A stretch of DNA of 64,000 nt from Zootoca vivipara (Eukaryota), in NCBI RefSeq assembly GCF_963506605.1, contig NC_083277.1, positions 8,742,001-8,806,000 on the forward strand. Reading direction: 5' to 3'. Of this stretch, positions 59,209 through 64,000 are shown piece after piece. Numbering within the stretch: position 1 is the first letter of the stretch; every line of letters starts with the position of its first letter. Made by a program: the position numbers and the translations under genes. The notes under the pieces were generated by a model. That model saw only the letters and a program-made list of their open reading frames with translations. It ran no database searches and was not told the DNA's origin.

Positions 59209-60251
59209 GTGAGTTGCCAGGAGGGACCTGCTGGCTTTTCCAAGCCGCCTGGGCATCGCTCGGGGTTGTTGCATGCAAGGGAAGGGAGGGAAAGAGGGGA
59301 GGTGGGGGTGGGGGGGGGCGGAGAGGAGAGGAGCGCCCTTGACAGCTAGATCCAGGAAGGCAGATATCCCTGCCCCGCCCCGCCCCCCAAAGAGGTTTTT
59401 TTTTTTTTTTGCAGTTCTGATCCTTTTAGAAAAGAGTGGGTGGGTGGGGAGGATGTGGCCTTTGCATTCCCGCACAAAAACCCTCTGCCGATTCTTGTTC
59501 TCCCGCACAAAACCTCACTGCCGATTCTTGTCCCCCCCCCCGGCCCCGGCCCCCCCGCACAAAACCTCCTCCTGGTTTCCCTGAGCGCCGTCCATTTGCG
59601 AGGATGGGCCTGTGGCCAAGTGGCAAGAGGCTGCCGCGCAGGTCTCTGCCTCGATGAGCTTGCAGTGCGACGGGGTAGGAGAGGGCAAAGGGCAGAGGCA
59701 GGAAATGGACAAATGGACAGGAAAGCAGCCTGGAAAAATGCATTTATTTATTAGATTGCAATGCCAGCTGCCCCTCCCCGCCAATGGGTTTGAGGCGGGA
59801 GCATTTACTGTATGGTTTCCCTGCCATTTTAGTCTCTGCGGAATCGTAGAGTTGGAAGGGACCCCAAGGGTCATCTCGTCCAACCCCCTGAAACAACCCT
59901 GCGAGGTAGGTTAGGCCAACAGACTGTGACTGGCCCGAGGTCACCTGGTGAGTTTCATGGCCAGGCAAGGATTTGAACCCTGGTCTTCCAGGTTCTGGTC
60001 CAGTGCTCTAACCACAATGCCACCACTGGCTCTCTTTCAGCTACATGTGTTTAGGCTTGGTTACAGTAAGGCATAAGGACTAAGAGATGTTGTCCCCCCC
60101 CTTGCTGCTCCTCCCCCTTTCTGGAAAGAGCCTTTCTCCACTCGAAAGGTCCTACAATTTCAGAGCAGCCTTAGACTGACTTTAGTCTTGTTATTGTTTC
60201 TCTTTTCCCAAAACTGGAATCCTGTGTTATTCTGATACATAAAAGCCGAAG

Positions 60252-60410
60252 GGCCATAGCTCAGTGGTAAAAGTTCTGCTTTGTGTACAGAAGATCACAG
60301 GTTCAGTCTCCAAGTGGAGCTGGGAGACATCCCTGCCTGAAACCCTGGAGAGCTGCTGCCAGTCTGGGTTGACAATATTGAACCAGATGGAACGGCGCCC
60401 CCATTCAGTA
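60252..60410 (+). mobile_element. tRNA(Ala)-like SINE (Squam2-like)
   Basis: ATAGCTCAGTGGTA head then CCTGCCTGAAACCCTGGAGAGCTGCTGCCAGTC; related copies at ~23200(-) and ~51110(-). Confidence 0.55.
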
Positions 60411-60961
60411 GTAAGGTACAGTAGTTCCTAAGTTTCCCGGCCACATTCTCAGACCCAAAGAGGAAGCGAGCGAATATTCAGGATCTGTTTATGGTTGTTG
60501 CTGTTAATTATTATTTTTGTTATATTTATTGTTTAACATGACAACAACATAGCCTGTGGTCTAATGACCCACCTGAAAACTGGTGGGTTACGCCAGGGGG
60601 TGGCTCTCTATGACCTTGAGGGCCCTGCCCTAACCCTGCAACTTGGACTGTAAAATGACCCAGAAATAGCAAGTGTAGAAGGAACTGGTTTGGCCACATC
60701 TTTGGCCAGGACTTTTCTCCTGTGTGTGTTGATGGATGGTTATTGGCTAACCCTTCCCTTGAGAAAGATGGGGCTGTGACTCACCCTTTTGTCTTCTGCC
60801 TGGCGGGGTGGGGCGGGGTAGAGGTTGGTGGTGGTAGGAGTGGGTACCATACATTTGCAGCACATGACTTACCCCAAATAATTAATCCTGGAAACTGCAG
60901 TTTACCCCCTGCAAGACCTGCAGTTCCCAGCACTCTTAAAAACAATCATGAATTTGATATA

Positions 60962-61447
60962 GTTACAGGTACCGGTAGGTAGCCGTGTTGGTCTGAGTCG
61001 AAGCAAAATAAAAAAATTCCTTCAGTAGCACCTTAAAGACCAACTAAGTTTTTATTTTGGTATGAGCTTCCGTGTGCATGCACACTTCTTCAGATACACT
61101 TGAAACAGAAGTAACCAGACCCTTATGTATATACAGAGGGTGGTGGGGGTGGGTGGGAATGGTTGATGGGCTGATAGGATGATCATGATCTAGCTTTCTT
61201 TTGTGCCTTGCTTCCCCCCCCCCCCCGCAGGACCAATTGCAGTCATCAGCAGTCGTTAACAGCCATCAACAGGTTCACCACTCCCATCAGCCCATCACCC
61301 ATTCCCACCCACCCCCACCCTCTGAATATACATAAGGGTCTGGTTGATTCTGTTTCAGTGTATCTGACGAAGTGTGCATGCACACGAAAGCTCATACCAA
61401 AATAAAAACTTAGTTGGTCTTTAAGGTGCTACTGAAGGAATTTTTTT
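60962..61447. mobile_element. Penelope-like element remnant with inverted terminal segments
   Basis: ~61010-61175 mirrored at ~61285-61447; same terminal sequence as at 28556 and 57887. Confidence 0.75.
61360..61397 (+). ncRNA. Minimal hammerhead ribozyme motif (Penelope-associated)
   Basis: GTAT-CTGACGA-A-GTGTGCATGCACAC-GAAA-GCTC-ATAC: CUGANGA and GAAA core, stem II, CUC cleavage triplet, 4-bp stem I. Confidence 0.7.
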
Positions 61448-62617
61448 ATGAATTTGATATATTCTTTATGTTATGTCCTTTAGTGCTTACATGGTTTTGA
61501 TGCTGATTCTGTTGAACTTCTGGTGGTATACTTTTCTTTAGGCACTTTTCTTTATTATTTATTTCTTTATAATATTTATAGCCTGCCCTTCCTCTGTACG
61601 ATACCAGGGCGGGGAACGGAACATAACATGAAATAATAACAGACAACCTCGTCATGAAATGGACAACAATGTGTACTAAAATACACCAAATAAAATAAGG
61701 TTTTTTTTTTAAAAAAAACAAAACCCTTAAACTTGATATGCTGTCAATTCAACCCATTTGATTAACGTTACGCCGTAAATGCGTCAAGAGCAATTTTATA
61801 ATTAATCCACCAAGGGAAGCATTTCAGGGCTACAATGCATTTTTAAAAATGCTGGTTTTTACCTTGTAAAATTTAAGATTTAAATTTGCCCCTTTAAGAG
61901 CTACAATGCTCCAACTTCCCCAGAGAAAAGGACACTTTGAGAATTGTAGTTCTGTGAGGGGAATAGGCGTCTCCTGACAACCAGGGGTGTTGTGGTAAGC
62001 TGTGCCTTCGGATCCCAGACTCCAGCTCCCATCATCCCTGACCATTGGCTCTGTTCGCAGGGGCTGATGGGAGTTGGAGTCCGGCAACATCAAGAGGCCT
62101 CCTGGTTGGGGAAGGATGATATATAGCACAAAGTCTGCTCAACTGTTAAAAAAATTGTCTGCAGACTGTACATTTCGCTCTTCCTTTGCCTCCTCAAGTT
62201 GAGCTGTGGTGATTAAATTTCCTAACCAATTCCAGTTGCTCAGCTGATATCTCATCCGGGAGATGCACTCTGTCACGCGCCAGAAGGATTTCTAATAGAA
62301 CTGCAACCCAAATTTCCAGACATTTAACTTTTTTTATTTGTATTTACACCCAGTGCTATTTTTCTAGTCAAGGTTGGCAGGATTTGTACTTCTGTAGAAA
62401 TTGGAGTTCTTGGTGAAGTCCAGAAATAAACAGTAAATTACAAGAACTCGGGCCAGGAGGAAGATGAATTTCAAGTAAGTCTTCAAAAGGTTTTATTTAT
62501 GTAATGATGAGATGAATTCAAATAGGAATCAATTCCAGTATGATAGTGAGGCAAATAAAGATAAATTCCAGTGAAAAAAATCCCAGGACAAGGCCCTGTT
62601 TTGACAATTCTTCATCA

Positions 62618-62970
62618 GCTGTGGGTTAAACCACAGAGTCTAGGGCTTGCTGATCAGAAGGTCGGTGGTTCGAATCCCTGCAATGGGGTGAGCTCCTGTT
62701 GCTCGATCCCAGCTCCTGCCCACCTAGCAGTTCAAAAGCACATCAAAGTGCAAGTAGATAAATAGGGACCGCTCTGGCGGGAAGGTAAACGGCGTTTCCG
62801 TACGCTGCTCCGGTTCACCAGAAGCAGCTTTGTCATGCGGGCCACATGACCTGGAAGCTGTCTGCGGACAAACGCCGGCTCCCTCGGCCTAAAGAGCGAG
62901 ATGAGCGCCGCAACCCCAGAGTCGGACACGACTGGACCTGATGGTCAGGGGCCCCTTTACCTTTACCTTT
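62618..62970 (+). mobile_element. Sauria SINE, slightly 5' truncated
   Basis: Matches 546-897; ends CCTTTACCTTTACCTTT. Confidence 0.9.
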
Positions 62971-63665
62971 AGTCTTGGGCTACACCCCTTCTATGGTGTA
63001 TGTATGAGGTTTCTTGGGGTGGTCTTGGACCCCAGGGCGGGCAATTTAAAATGTCTATATAAGGGCAGGAACACCTTTGTTCTGGGTCCTCCTCTCTCCT
63101 GTGTGTGAGGGGAGCACCCTGTTGCAACAGCTTTAATAAAGATCAGGCTTACAAGCTGCTTTGCTTCTCAATATTCTCTGGTTGGTCTCTGTTATTTTCT
63201 CCTACCGATAGAGAACCTACAAAAGGACTCTATATGGGCTCTTGGGTACCCCATAAGGGAAAAGGAGCAGGTTTTTTTTTTACTTATATCAACCCTGTTC
63301 TGAAGCAAGAAGCGGGTTTTCTTTGTTTTCAAATGATTTATTTGTTGCTTTACTATCGAGGGTTCCTTGCCTTGCCCTTCACCACAAGGTCCCACAGAAA
63401 GGTTACAACAATACAATCCACGGTTATTAAAACACAATTAAAAACTGCTCCAAGCAAAACACAATACAGTTGATAGTTTCAATAAAAGAGGGTAAACTTG
63501 AGGCTTTGCAACAAAGGTGATGGTTGGAATTGCACAATCTTGGTCAATAATGTCAGAAGAAACATTCTTACTGCAAACATTCTTACGTCCTGATTCTCCA
63601 GGAAATGGGGGTTAAATCATGCCGAAAATGTATTTAAAAAGCTCCCAAACTCAAAAGTTCTTGTA

Positions 63666-64000
63666 CCGTGTTTCCCCTTTTTTAAGACACCGTCTTATTA
63701 CTTTTTTTTCTCAAAAAACCACAGGGTGGCTTATTTTTGGTGGGATGTCTTACTGGTATTTTTATTATGAGTCTGAGGGAAGGGAGGTGTGCGTCCCTGG
63801 CCCAGCCCTCTCTCCCCAGCCCTGGGATGTTCGCAAAGGGCTGCTCTCTCTCTCCTCTGATGTGGGGACTCACTTAATAGCAATCTGCTACACTGGAGCT
63901 TCTTAAATCTAAACCAGTATAATGGAATCTATCTGTGTGATACAGTCCTAGCAGTAGCCTATAGTAAAGCAAATAAGGATCTCTACTAGCCAGCTGCCCA
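63666..64000. mobile_element. End of another copy of the 23609-25020 pogo/Tigger-like element (runs off the window)
   Basis: TA|CCGTGTTTCCCC; reverse complement of ~24685-25020. Confidence 0.85.

Overview
Vertebrate genomic DNA, most likely a lacertid lizard (Sauria SINEs, Squam3-like SINEs, CR1, L2, BovB, Penelope), covering part of a C2H2 zinc-finger gene cluster. Gene models were built by hand from GT-AG sites and reading phase. (A) An orphan exon of ~27 finger units (5541-7822, -) with no effector exon of its own that I could find. (B) A 7-coding-exon SCAN-KRAB-ZNF (19840-31410, -; ~777 aa, 9 fingers). (C) A KRAB-ZNF (42711-47314, -; ~529 aa, 13 intact fingers). (D) An effector-less 10-finger gene (52597-54286, +), head-to-head with C. 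A CpG-island first exon of a further + strand gene lies at ~59 kb. Most notable is a very young 1527-bp non-autonomous Tf1/sushi-type LTR element (54759-56285). It has near-identical 428-bp LTRs, a 5-bp TSD and tRNA-independent self-priming signals. Its only long ORF is an integrase chromodomain followed by two tandem IF/VF-x9-FLGF motifs that resemble LEDGF/TFIIS-N-domain-interacting motifs, plus an NLS-like patch. Other highlights: a possible array of alternative terminal ZNF exons, minimal hammerhead ribozymes in Penelope ends, a foldback MITE, a twin-priming-like CR1 and a microsatellite-bounded inverted duplication. No database searches were run; family names come from motif recognition.
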